64,000 nt of DNA from Enterococcus phage VRE9_2: the sequence record PP680568.1; one strand, written 5' to 3'. Position numbers and translations under genes: made by a program. Each line of letters begins with the position of its first letter. Within the stretch, counting starts at the first letter, position 1. Positions 17,341 through 25,522 of the stretch are shown one piece after another. The notes under the pieces were generated by a model, which saw only the letters and a list, made by a program, of their open reading frames with translations, ran no database searches and was not told where the DNA came from.

Positions 17341-18560
17341 TGACTCGTTTTTATAAAGGAATCGCTGGGCGTCGAGGGGCTAACCCATCAGGTGTAGTTA
17401 TTCACAATGATGCAGGCTCTGTTTATGCTAATGCTGCATTTTATCGTGGATGGTTACCTTCTCATGATGCAGAAAATGGCTTTGCTCATTATTACGTAGC
17501 TAGTGATGGAACATTCCAAGCAGAAGATGAAATGAATATGGCATGGCATACTGCGAACTCAACTGGTAACGCATATTATATCGGTATTGAAGCATGTCAA
17601 TCAATGGGACCAGAAAATATTTTCCGACAAAATGAAGAAAATTCTATTAAACTAGCAGCTCAAATCTTAAAGAGATATGGTTTACAACCTAATAGAAATA
17701 CTGTAAAATTGCATAAACAATTTTCAGCAACTTCTTGTCCTCATCGTTCTGTTGCTTTGCATGGCGATGGATACGTAATGCAAGATTATTTTATTGCTCG
17801 TATTAAATCTTATATGGGTTCTAATCCAACCCCAGCCCCAGCACCAAATACTGGAACTAGAAAATATAATATTGATCTAGTTAATATGAATTCAAAAGCT
17901 TTCCAAATCAAAGGTTGGTTTACCCCAGCTAAGGCTACAAAAGGTCAAGATATTTGGGTTTATATTATGAAAAAAGGTGGACCAGAAATTGCCCGCTTTA
18001 AAGCGAAAAAAATTCAACGTCCAGACGTTCAAAAAGCAGTTTCAAATCCTAACGGAGCAGATGTTGGTTTCCAAGTAGATGCTCTTACACCAGAAGGTGT
18101 CCTAGGAAAAGATTTTGATTTATTGCTTCGTTACAATAATGATAACAAAGAAGAAATTCGCACTAAAGAGCATTGGAAAGCTCCTGCATTAATTAATGAA
18201 GGATACCTAGATAAAGTTGCTGGAGATGCCAAAGGTGTTACATTCGCTGGATGGCATTTAAATACACGTCAAAAAGATGGATTTAAACATTATCTATTTG
18301 TAACTGACGCAAAAACTGGGAAAGAATATGTACGATTTGATATTACAGGAGGATCTTACTTAGCTTCTCCAGATATCACTAAAAAGTATGGTCCAGAAAT
18401 TGCTCAACGTAGTAACTGTCGTTTCCATAATTGGTGCGCATTAGCAGCAAATCATCCAGCTAGAGGTAAAACTGTTAATATTATTAGCCGTTATGCTCCT
18501 GCAAAAGAAATTGATACAAAAACTTCTACAGATAAACTGTGGGGGACTTATAGACTATAA
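17340..18560 (+). CDS. Endolysin: N-acetylmuramoyl-L-alanine amidase (amidase_2/PGRP type) with C-terminal binding domain
   Basis: N-terminal ..VVIHNDAGS..HYYVASDG..AWHTANS..GIEACQ.. amidase_2 pattern; long C-terminal region. Confidence 0.7.
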   Translation: MTRFYKGIAGRRGANPSGVVIHNDAGSVYANAAFYRGWLPSHDAENGFAHYYVASDGTFQAEDEMNMAWHTANSTGNAYYIGIEACQSMGPENIFRQNEENSIKLAAQILKRYGLQPNRNTVKLHKQFSATSCPHRSVALHGDGYVMQDYFIARIKSYMGSNPTPAPAPNTGTRKYNIDLVNMNSKAFQIKGWFTPAKATKGQDIWVYIMKKGGPEIARFKAKKIQRPDVQKAVSNPNGADVGFQVDALTPEGVLGKDFDLLLRYNNDNKEEIRTKEHWKAPALINEGYLDKVAGDAKGVTFAGWHLNTRQKDGFKHYLFVTDAKTGKEYVRFDITGGSYLASPDITKKYGPEIAQRSNCRFHNWCALAANHPARGKTVNIISRYAPAKEIDTKTSTDKLWGTYRL

Positions 18561-18561
18561 A

Positions 18562-18602
18562 AATAAGATTAAAAATACCCTTAGAAATAAGGGTATTTTT
18601 TT
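18562..18602 (+). terminator. Rho-independent terminator
   Basis: AATACCCTTAGAAATAAGGGTATT + TTTTTTT. Confidence 0.6.
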
Positions 18603-18663
18603 TGCTTTTTATAAATAAATTTGTTATAATAATAACAAATAAGATAAAAAAGGAAGTGTTTTT

Positions 18664-19171
18664 ATTGATTTATGCTGTAGCAGCAATTGGACCAAATGGA
18701 GAATTAGGATTAAATAATAAATTAATTTATCATTCTTCTGAAGATATGAAAAGATTTAAAATTTTAACTTGGAATAGAAATATTTATATGGGGTATAAAA
18801 CTTGGGAATCACTACCAGTAGAAGCATTACCTAATAGAATGAATACAGTGGTTCTTGATATGGAAAGAGGAATATCGAAAAAGCTTCAACTAGCTATGAA
18901 GAATAATGATAATTTAAAAGTCATTGATGAATCAATGTTTCTTGCTCTTTTGGAGATCCACTCATTATCTTCAGATGTTATTGTAATTATTGGTGGGGGA
19001 AGATTATATGCACAAACTCAATATTATTGGGATAGATTATATCTGACAAAATTTTATGAAAAGAGACAAGCAGATACGTTCTTTCCAGAAATAGATTATA
19101 ATAATTATACTATAAAGAACTTCCAAAAGCAAGAAGATTGTGAGTTTATTGATTTTTATCATATAAAATGA
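18664..19171 (+). CDS. folA: Dihydrofolate reductase (TTG start after AAAGGAAG RBS)
   Basis: LIYAVAAIGPNGELG..LIYHSSEDMKRFKILT DHFR N-terminal signature. Confidence 0.7.
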
Positions 19172-19206
19172 TATAATTAATATATACTTAAAAAGGAGAT
19201 AATAAA

Positions 19207-19623
19207 ATGGGAAAACTTGTAGAATATATTTTAGTTAATAAAGAATTAAATATGGGTGTTGGTAAAATTGCTGGTCAAGTTGCTCATGTACAAACAATTA
19301 TTGATAACAAAATTTTTGAATTAGATGATAAGATTTATTTTTTATCAGAAGAAATTCTTGATGAAGATATTATGGATATTCGTTTTGCCAAAGAAAAAGA
19401 ACTAATCAATAATTATTATGATTGGCTTTATTCTGGATCTCAAACAAAAATTATCTTACGAGCAAAGGAAAAAGATTTGCTTAAGGCAATTGATATGGGA
19501 GCAGTGTATATTAGAGATAATGGCTTAACTGAGATTCCCTCAGGTTCACTAACCGCTGTTGGTTTTTTCCCACAGCCAAAAGATAATCTAGTAGATTTTA
19601 CCAAAAAATTTCAATTGTTATAA
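19207..19623 (+). CDS. Peptidyl-tRNA hydrolase, PTH2-like
   Basis: ..NMGVGKIAGQVAHV.. resembles PTH2 GKGKIAAQCxHA catalytic motif; about 138 aa. Confidence 0.5.
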   Translation: MGKLVEYILVNKELNMGVGKIAGQVAHVQTIIDNKIFELDDKIYFLSEEILDEDIMDIRFAKEKELINNYYDWLYSGSQTKIILRAKEKDLLKAIDMGAVYIRDNGLTEIPSGSLTAVGFFPQPKDNLVDFTKKFQLL

Positions 19624-19638
19624 AAGGAGATTAATATA

Positions 19639-20223
19639 ATGAAAATTATTGGATATGTTTTGATGTATAGAACTTCGTATGACCAAACTTTTGTAAAACT
19701 CGAATTTAATTCAAAAGGTAAATATTTGAAATGGCTAAAATTTATGGAAGAATTTGAGTCTTTAGATTTAGATGATTTACCAGATTCTAGATTAGATAAT
19801 TTAATCGAAAAATGGTATCCTGAAGAAGGAGAAGATATTTGTTATGATTTTGGGCTAATTGATAATCACGGAGAATATGTAAACTATATGAATTCAAAAG
19901 ATTTCTTTATAGAAACCAGCGACGGGTTATATAAAAAACTTATTACTAATAGTTTAGATCAATTAGAATATTCAAAACAAGATTTAGATATTGCATATCG
20001 AACTATTATACCAAAAGCCTTAGAAGATTATACTTCTTATGTTTTAGGATTAAACCCAACATTAGATGGATTAATTCAGTTTGGTAAACCTTCTGATTTA
20101 CACAGATTTTTTCCTTCGTTATATTCCTCTTTAGATTTAATTTTAAAAGTAGTTGATACTTTTTTGGAAAAAGGATATGAGATTATTAAAAATTCTGAAG
20201 GTTGGTTCGTTAAAGTATTTTAA
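19639..20223 (+). CDS. Hypothetical protein
   Basis: 194 aa ORF with GGAG RBS. Confidence 0.5.
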   Translation: MKIIGYVLMYRTSYDQTFVKLEFNSKGKYLKWLKFMEEFESLDLDDLPDSRLDNLIEKWYPEEGEDICYDFGLIDNHGEYVNYMNSKDFFIETSDGLYKKLITNSLDQLEYSKQDLDIAYRTIIPKALEDYTSYVLGLNPTLDGLIQFGKPSDLHRFFPSLYSSLDLILKVVDTFLEKGYEIIKNSEGWFVKVF

Positions 20224-20289
20224 TTTGATTTTTTCAGAATAAGATGATATAATATTATTATAATAAATGATAAAAAGGAGAAAAACATT

Positions 20290-20517
20290 ATGAAGAAAAC
20301 AAAATTTTATGGAGTCGTCTCTACAAGCAAAAAAGTGCGTGAGGTAGTGCGAACAAAAGATTCAAAAGGACGTTGGGCTTCTGAGGTTCAAGAGATTTCT
20401 CGTCCAATTGATATTTTAGTAACTTCTGATTTTACTAATCGTATTGATGCTTTAAATGATATTGAAGCACAAGCAGCTAAATTAGGCACACTCAAATTCA
20501 CTAGTGCTTTCAAATAA
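20290..20517 (+). CDS. Hypothetical small basic protein
   Basis: 75 aa, RBS AAAGGAG, followed by terminator hairpin AAGGGAATTTTTATAATTCCCTTTTT. Confidence 0.5.
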   Translation: MKKTKFYGVVSTSKKVREVVRTKDSKGRWASEVQEISRPIDILVTSDFTNRIDALNDIEAQAAKLGTLKFTSAFK

Positions 20518-20729
20518 CATATAATATTAAAAGGGAATTTTTATAATTCCCTTTTTACATAGAAATATAAAAATAAAGGAGAGTAGAATTTTATGAAAAT
20601 TAAACCTTCTCATAAAATGAAATTGGATGAAGTAGGAGATTACCTACAAAAAGTTTCACGTGGAGTAGGAACTATTAAGCCAAAAAAGGGTAAAGGCTCG
20701 TATAAAAGAAAGCCTAAACATAAAGGGAA

Positions 20730-20969
20730 GTGGGATTAATGGATAAAGATATAAAATATACAATCTCAAGTGGAGGCGAAACAATTGGTTATTGGACGCA
20801 AGAAGAATATGAAACCTGGATGGCGAAGATTCATGGTACTCACGAATACTCTGAAGAAGAACAAAGAAAAATTGAAGAAGTTAGAAAAAGATTAAATAAT
20901 ATATCTATGATAAAAAATAGTGATGGTAGTTATAGATTTATTAAAGAGGAGGAAAACAGTGGCAATTAA
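20730..20969 (+). CDS. Hypothetical protein
   Basis: 79 aa ORF. Confidence 0.4.
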   Translation: MGLMDKDIKYTISSGGETIGYWTQEEYETWMAKIHGTHEYSEEEQRKIEEVRKRLNNISMIKNSDGSYRFIKEEENSGN

Positions 20970-21810
20970 TTTATTATATGGTAAACCAGTAGCAGATTCA
21001 ATTTATAAAGATATTCATTATCCAAATAAAAAAGTTTTGCATATTTTCCAGGTTGGAGATCTAGAGGAATCTAATCGCTATATCAGAAATAAAATTAAAA
21101 AGGCTGAATCTTTAGGTATTCCAACTCAGCTACATAAAGCTGAAACTAAAGAAAAGGTTGATAAAATTTTAGAAGAACTTATATCTTTAACAAAGATCCC
21201 TAACCGAGACAAAATATCCGGCATATTTGTTCAACTTCCTTTTGAATTTGATCGCTTTATGGAAGATACATTTTTGCGTGTAATTCCCCCAGAATTTGAT
21301 GTTGACGGTTTAACACATTATAATTTAGGACGTCTATTAGATGGGAGCAGAACTGATCTAAATTTTGTCCCAGCAACAGCACATGGAGTAGTAGATATGC
21401 TAAAATATTATAATATCCCAATAGAAGGGAAAATAGTAGGTGTTATTGGTCGATCTAACTTAGTCGGAAAACCACTTATTCCTCTTCTCTTGGAAGAAAA
21501 CGCAACTGTTATTAGCATGAACTCCTATACCGGTAAAAAGAATTTAGTTTCTCTTAGTAAACAATGCGATATATTAGTAGTGGCAATTGGAAAAGCTAAC
21601 TTTATAGATAGTGATTTTATTAAAGATAATGCTACTATTATAGATGTAGGCATTAACTTTGATGAATCAGGAAAGTTGGTTGGAGATGTAGATTTTGATT
21701 CTTTGAAAAAAGAAAGTTGGAATGGTAATCTTTCTCCAGTACCAGGTGGAGTTGGACCTTTGACAATTGCTAATTTAATGAGAAATGTAAGTATAGGAGC
21801 GTGGAGATAA
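20959..21810 (+). CDS. folD: Bifunctional methylene-THF dehydrogenase / methenyl-THF cyclohydrolase FolD (GTG start after GAGGAGG)
   Basis: VAINLLYGKPVADSI.. N-terminus, ..PVPGGVGPLTIANLM.. C-terminal FolD signature. Confidence 0.7.
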   Translation: MAINLLYGKPVADSIYKDIHYPNKKVLHIFQVGDLEESNRYIRNKIKKAESLGIPTQLHKAETKEKVDKILEELISLTKIPNRDKISGIFVQLPFEFDRFMEDTFLRVIPPEFDVDGLTHYNLGRLLDGSRTDLNFVPATAHGVVDMLKYYNIPIEGKIVGVIGRSNLVGKPLIPLLLEENATVISMNSYTGKKNLVSLSKQCDILVVAIGKANFIDSDFIKDNATIIDVGINFDESGKLVGDVDFDSLKKESWNGNLSPVPGGVGPLTIANLMRNVSIGAWR

Positions 21811-22058
21811 TGATGGATTATTTTAGTGCAGAGCAGGTTAAATATATTTTATTATTAAAAGATTTACAGGGCTATACTATTGATGCTATTTTCCAAGAAG
21901 ATACTCCAGAGCAAAGATATAACAGTTTAATTAAAGTGTTTTTGGGACTAGAAAATGTTTTTATCTGCCAAAGAAAAGATTATCTTTCTAGGGGAGATTT
22001 ATACTCTGATAATTCTATGGTAGAATCTATTGCCAAAAAAATTAAAGAATACCTGTAA
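21801..22058 (+). CDS. Hypothetical protein
   Basis: 85 aa. Confidence 0.4.
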   Translation: MEIMMDYFSAEQVKYILLLKDLQGYTIDAIFQEDTPEQRYNSLIKVFLGLENVFICQRKDYLSRGDLYSDNSMVESIAKKIKEYL

Positions 22059-22093
22059 AAAGGTATTCTTTAATTGAAATTATTAATTTAAAA

Positions 22094-22125
22094 TGATATA
22101 ATTAATTATAAAGTTAAATAAGGAG
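22094..22125 (+). promoter_or_regulatory. Conserved promoter-leader element TGATATAATTAATTATAAAGTTAAATAAGGAG (extended -10 + leader + RBS); one of about 20 copies
   Basis: Near-identical copies at 22596-22628, 27694-27730, 31401-31429 (before tRNA-Cys), 33635-33665, 35807-35839, 36813-36835, 40792-40828, 42487-42510; related at 6962, 18626, 19165, 20247, 23190, 23725, 23872, 28395, 29140, 33020. Confidence 0.65.
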
Positions 22126-22131
22126 ATAAAA

Positions 22132-22584
22132 ATGATAGAATTAGCTTCTCATATTGTAGATTTGAGTTTAGAACATAAAAAATATATTTATCAATTACAG
22201 TTACAAAAAATAACATATTATACTGTATTACAAGGGTTAAAATTAAATTTAATAGATAAAGATACACTTAAAGAATTATATAAATATGAGTCTGGTAGAT
22301 TTACACCATCAAGATATGGTCCACGATCTGAAATTATATTCCTTCGATACTGTGTGTTTGGAGCGGAAAGGATTTTTACCAATTCTTTTAACAATTCTTA
22401 TCTAAGAGATATGGATTTTTCCCACTTAAATTCTATTATTCTTCCTCTTTTGGAAGAACAGACAATGGATTTATGTAGAAAAAGTATGAAAAATCCTATT
22501 TTTGAAGAACGATTTAAAGATAATAAAGAACTTAGTATTGAAGATATATTTGAACTTAGCGAAAAATATTCAGATTTGAAATAA
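22132..22584 (+). CDS. Hypothetical protein
   Basis: 150 aa, preceded by conserved promoter-leader element. Confidence 0.5.
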   Translation: MIELASHIVDLSLEHKKYIYQLQLQKITYYTVLQGLKLNLIDKDTLKELYKYESGRFTPSRYGPRSEIIFLRYCVFGAERIFTNSFNNSYLRDMDFSHLNSIILPLLEEQTMDLCRKSMKNPIFEERFKDNKELSIEDIFELSEKYSDLK

Positions 22585-22637
22585 AAAATATAAAATGATA
22601 TAATTAATTATAAAGTTAAATAAGGAGGAAATTTTAA

Positions 22638-23168
22638 ATGAAAAAAAGTTTAGTAGGGTTTTCAATTATTGCAATGTTTGGTTTAGGTTTGGCAGGATGT
22701 GCTAAAGGAGAAGTTCCTGATGCACAATGGAAAAGTGAAGATTCTACTGAACAGACAGTAGAAAGTAGCACAGTAGAATCGTCTGAACAAAAAGAACCTT
22801 ATAAAAAAGATGAAGTTCAATTATCTACGCTAGAACAACAAGTTTTAGATGCTTTTCAACAAAGTTTTCAGTCAACAGGTCCAGTTCGTTTTGATTCTGT
22901 AAACAAATATTATATTATTACACCAACAGATCCTCAATTTACGCAAGAAATGGCAGCTATTATGGATGGCACATTAAGTTTAGACACATGGACTAATTTA
23001 GTTCAAAATGTTCAACAAACATCTTTAGGTTTACAAGATACTCTTGGTAGTGGATATACAATTATTATTGAAAATCCATTTGAAACAGGTCAAATGTTTT
23101 TGGCTGTAAGTGATGGAGAAGTTGTTTTTGATGGTTTGACAGAATATATGACTGGTCAAAACACATAA
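22638..23168 (+). CDS. Predicted lipoprotein
   Basis: Signal peptide with lipobox ..GLGLAGC at N-terminus. Confidence 0.6.
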   Translation: MKKSLVGFSIIAMFGLGLAGCAKGEVPDAQWKSEDSTEQTVESSTVESSEQKEPYKKDEVQLSTLEQQVLDAFQQSFQSTGPVRFDSVNKYYIITPTDPQFTQEMAAIMDGTLSLDTWTNLVQNVQQTSLGLQDTLGSGYTIIIENPFETGQMFLAVSDGEVVFDGLTEYMTGQNT

Positions 23169-23217
23169 TTTGAAAAAATATGAATAACATGTTATAATAT
23201 TTATATAAGATAAAGTT

Positions 23218-23293
23218 ACTTGAGTGGTCTTAAAAAGGAAAGACGCATGGTTTAATCTTCCATGAGACGTTGGTTCGAGTCCAACCTCAAGAA
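23218..23293 (+). tRNA. tRNA-like, atypical (A-A mismatch at acceptor 1-72; 9-nt anticodon loop TTTAATCTT); isotype undetermined
   Basis: Acceptor ACTTGAG/CTCAAGA, D-arm GTCT/AGAC, canonical T-arm GTTGG-TTCGAGT-CCAAC; first gene after a promoter. Confidence 0.35.
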
Positions 23294-23295
23294 TA

Positions 23296-23550
23296 TCAGG
23301 ATTGGCTATCCTTTCACCTTATAGCTAGAGGTTGATAAATATAAAGTGGAATTAACCACAGTTGGCTGCTCCCTAGGTTAAAGAAGATACCTATTGGGTC
23401 GGGGCATAAGCTAAGTTAACTAATAAACAACTTCTTTTAGTTAGCTTTTCTCACGAGTGATTGTTGAGGTTCAATTCCTTCTTAACCTATGGGCGGGACA
23501 ACACTCTATCGGAGATAAAAATATATAATTTAGTTTAATATTCTCGAGAA
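23296..23550 (+). ncRNA. Structured non-coding segment within the tRNA cluster (inverted repeats AAGCTAAGTTAACTAA...TTAGTTAGCTT; pseudo T-arm GAGGTTCAATTCC)
   Basis: No ORF; multiple hairpins; position analogous to small stable RNAs in phage tRNA clusters. Confidence 0.25.
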
Positions 23551-23554
23551 TGGT

Positions 23555-23649
23555 TGAGATATGGCGGAAAGGTAGACGCAAGGAGAGTCTCCCCATTGGA
23601 GACCCCTGTGCATGACGATGCAGTGTAGGTTCGAATCCTACTATCTCAG
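23555..23649 (+). tRNA. Type-II tRNA-like (Leu-type D-arm TGGCGGAAAGGTAGACGC, long variable arm); irregular anticodon-arm region, isotype unresolved
   Basis: Acceptor TGAGATA/TATCTCA, T-arm GTAGG-TTCGAAT-CCTAC, variable hairpin TGCAT-GACG-ATGCA; extra nucleotides between D and anticodon arms. Confidence 0.35.
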
Positions 23650-23650
23650 T

Positions 23651-23700
23651 TAAATAGGGACTAGAGCTAATTTATTTTAGCCAGTCCTTATCCCGAAAGG
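23651..23700 (+). other. Inter-tRNA hairpins incl. GNRA tetraloop TCCCGAAAGGGA
   Basis: GGACT..AGTCC hairpin then TCCC-GAAA-GGGA; same tetraloop hairpin occurs at the nrdD intron 3-prime end (10517-10530). Confidence 0.4.
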
Positions 23701-23770
23701 GAAAAATAATTTGACATTTTGAACATAATATGTTATAATTATTATATAATAAAGATAAGAAATATAAAAC

Positions 23771-23842
23771 GGCTTGTTGGTCAAGAAGTTAAGACGCTCG
23801 ACTTTCACTCGGGAATCACAGGTGCAAATCCTGTACAAGTCA
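23771..23842 (+). tRNA. tRNA-Glu (anticodon TTC)
   Basis: Acceptor GGCTTGT/ACAAGTC, anticodon arm CTCGA-CTTTCAC-TCGGG, T-arm ACAGG-TGCAAAT-CCTGT. Confidence 0.65.
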
Positions 23843-23931
23843 TTAACATTATTTGAAAAAAATCTTTCAAAATGTTATAATTAATATGTAAAAAGAAATA
23901 AAAAAAATTATTTTAAAAGGAGAGGTTCATC

Positions 23932-24324
23932 ATGGAAAAACAAACTAAAGCAGATATGTATCGTAATGCAGCAAAATTGTTGGAAGTAAATGCTCCTGAA
24001 TATGCAGAAATGTTATTGGAAGATGCTCAAAGAATTGAAGCTCGTAACGCAAGTCGTCGAAATGTTGATACCAAAGTTCAAAAAGAAAATAAACACATCG
24101 CTGCTTTAGTAATTGAGTTTTTCCATAATGATGCTGAAGATGGAATCGCTTATGACAGTGGTGAAATTGCAAATGCAGTTGGGATCGAAGTTTCTCCTCA
24201 GAAAATGTCAGCAATTATGCGTTTAGTTGGGGATGAAGTAGATAAAATGAACCAAGCTACGAATAATAAAGATCATGTTGGATATAAAAAGAAAGGAACT
24301 GAATTAGTTCCTGATGAAAAATAG
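23932..24324 (+). CDS. Small protein of the six-member paralog family (MEKQTKA.. N-terminus, C-terminal SPQKMSAIMRLVGDE..KKKG motif)
   Basis: 130 aa; N-terminus similar to MEFIMEK.. of 45220..45621 and 50746..51192. Confidence 0.55.
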   Translation: MEKQTKADMYRNAAKLLEVNAPEYAEMLLEDAQRIEARNASRRNVDTKVQKENKHIAALVIEFFHNDAEDGIAYDSGEIANAVGIEVSPQKMSAIMRLVGDEVDKMNQATNNKDHVGYKKKGTELVPDEK

Positions 24325-24371
24325 GACAAAATGTCTTAATTAAATATCCCCATATTTTATTGGGGATACAC

Positions 24372-24446
24372 CAGGGTATAGGAGAATTTGGTTAATCCGC
24401 TGCATTTGGGATGCAGAGATTGTTGGTTCAAATCCAGCTACCCTGA
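24372..24446 (+). tRNA. tRNA-Pro (anticodon TGG)
   Basis: Acceptor CAGGGTA/TACCCTG (C1-G72), anticodon arm CTGCA-TTTGGGA-TGCAG, T-arm GTTGG-TTCAAAT-CCAGC. Confidence 0.75.
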
Positions 24447-24522
24447 TTTGAACAACGTGTTAGAACGTTGGGCGTGAAGGGATTTATCCTATGAAGGGAT
24501 TTATCCTAACACGTTTAAACAT

Positions 24523-24593
24523 TCACCTATGATGAAATGGTATCATGACTGGCTGTTAACCAGTTCTTGTAGGTTCGAATCCTGCTGGGTGAG
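24523..24593 (+). tRNA. tRNA-Asn (anticodon GTT)
   Basis: Acceptor TCACCTA/TGGGTGA, D-arm ATGA/TCAT, anticodon arm ACTGG-CTGTTAA-CCAGT, T-arm GTAGG-TTCGAAT-CCTGC. Confidence 0.65.
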
Positions 24594-24599
24594 TATTTT

Positions 24600-24682
24600 G
24601 CGAGAGTGGCGGAATTGGCAGACGCACTAGATTTAGGATCTAGCGTTTTCATAACGTGTGGGTTCAAGTCCCACCTCTTGTA
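24600..24682 (+). tRNA. tRNA-Leu (anticodon TAG), type II
   Basis: D-arm TGGCGGAATTGGCAGACGC, anticodon arm CTAGA-TTTAGGA-TCTAG, variable hairpin, T-arm GTGGG-TTCAAGT-CCCAC. Confidence 0.8.
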
Positions 24683-24691
24683 TAATAAAAT

Positions 24692-24775
24692 GGAGAGTCC
24701 CTGTTGGCTAAAGGAAGAATGTTTTGAAAGCATTTGGCGGTAACACGTCCAAGGGTTCGATTCCCTTACTCTCCT
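24692..24775 (+). tRNA. tRNA-Ser (anticodon TGA), type II
   Basis: Acceptor GGAGAGT/ACTCTCC, anticodon arm AATGT-TTTGAAA-GCATT, long variable arm, T-arm AAGGG-TTCGATT-CCCTT. Confidence 0.7.
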
Positions 24776-24811
24776 TAAAGAATCTTACAGCAAATATTAA
24801 TACTTTTAATA

Positions 24812-24867
24812 ATATTTGGGAAAAAATAAGGTCTAGGTTCGACCCCTAGTATAAGTTTGGTACAACT
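24812..24867 (+). ncRNA. About 56-nt armless tRNA-like element (acceptor + D-like hairpin + canonical T-arm, no anticodon arm)
   Basis: ACTTTTA..TATAAGT acceptor pairing (one T-T), hairpin TATTT-GGGAAA-AAATA, T-arm CTAGG-TTCGACC-CCTAG. Confidence 0.3.
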
Positions 24868-24932
24868 TATATGGTGTAATGGTAGCACACAAAAGATAGA
24901 TTCTTGTTTTTGGGGAAGGTACCTCCCCAGTA
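24846..24932 (+). ncRNA. tRNA-like segment with canonical 5-prime half (acceptor ACTTATA, U8, D-arm GTGT-AATGGTA-GCAC) but non-canonical 3-prime half (GGGGA-AGGTACC-TCCCC hairpin, no matching acceptor strand)
   Basis: Direct reading of sequence; anticodon region CAAAAGATAGATTCTTGTTTTTG does not fold canonically. Confidence 0.25.
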
Positions 24933-24935
24933 TTT

Positions 24936-25019
24936 GGAGGATTATGCAAATTGGTGAAGCAAGTGGTCTGTAAAACCATGACGTAAGATACATTGGGGGT
25001 TCGAATCCCTTGTCCTCCA
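24936..25019 (+). tRNA. tRNA-Tyr (anticodon GTA), type II
   Basis: Acceptor GGAGGAT/GTCCTCC, anticodon arm GTGGT-CTGTAAA-ACCAT, long variable arm, T-arm GGGGG-TTCGAAT-CCCTT (two G-T pairs). Confidence 0.7.
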
Positions 25020-25020
25020 T

Positions 25021-25048
25021 AGACTGCCTTTGTCAAGCAGTCGAATGT
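25021..25048 (+). terminator. Hairpin GACTGC-CTTTGTCAA-GCAGTC after tRNA-Tyr
   Basis: Perfect 6-bp inverted repeat. Confidence 0.35.
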
Positions 25049-25179
25049 AACTAATTTTTTCATTAAATAAATATCAAATTGTGGCTGATTTCTACAGATT
25101 CAGAGCGGAGCATCCCCGCAGGTTGGGCATACTACAGTCCCCCATGACTTTCATGGGTTGCACATAGTTAGGAGGTAGC

Positions 25180-25365
25180 ATGATGTATTTAAAATTCATT
25201 GGTTTAAACGGAAGTTTAGGTTTAGAGAAGGACAAGATATACTTTGTTACCTCTGAGATAACTGAATATTATATTATTTTGAGAATACAGGGTGTTCACG
25301 GTAAGACAGTAATGTGTCCATACGAAACATTAGAAAAAATGTTAGAAAATTGGCAGGTCTGTTAG
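25180..25365 (+). CDS. Hypothetical small protein inside tRNA cluster
   Basis: 61 aa, GGAGG RBS 6 nt upstream. Confidence 0.45.
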   Translation: MMYLKFIGLNGSLGLEKDKIYFVTSEITEYYIILRIQGVHGKTVMCPYETLEKMLENWQVC

Positions 25366-25450
25366 TGTGTAAATAGCAAGGTCTGCATAAAACCTAAGAA
25401 ACAGCACGCACAGAAGATTATGTATTGTCTCCCTTTTGGACAAACATTTT

Positions 25451-25522
25451 GGCGCTATGGTCAAGCGGTTAAGACACTGGTCTTTCTAACCAGAATCCCG
25501 AGTTCGAATCTCGGTAGCGTCA
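25451..25522 (+). tRNA. tRNA with anticodon loop CTTTCTA (anticodon TTC, Glu-like; U at position 37 is atypical)
   Basis: Acceptor GGCGCTA/TAGCGTC, D-arm TGGTCAAGCGGTTAAGACA, anticodon stem CTGGT/ACCAG, T-arm CCGAG-TTCGAAT-CTCGG. Confidence 0.6.

Noticed and set aside
24527-25063. Minus-strand ORFs 24527..24733, 24775..25020, 24833..25063 and plus/minus ORFs 25420..25662, 25520..25732 in the ORF track
   Set aside because: They lie entirely on top of well-formed tRNA genes and structured spacers, have no RBS and show low-complexity translation; considered spurious.
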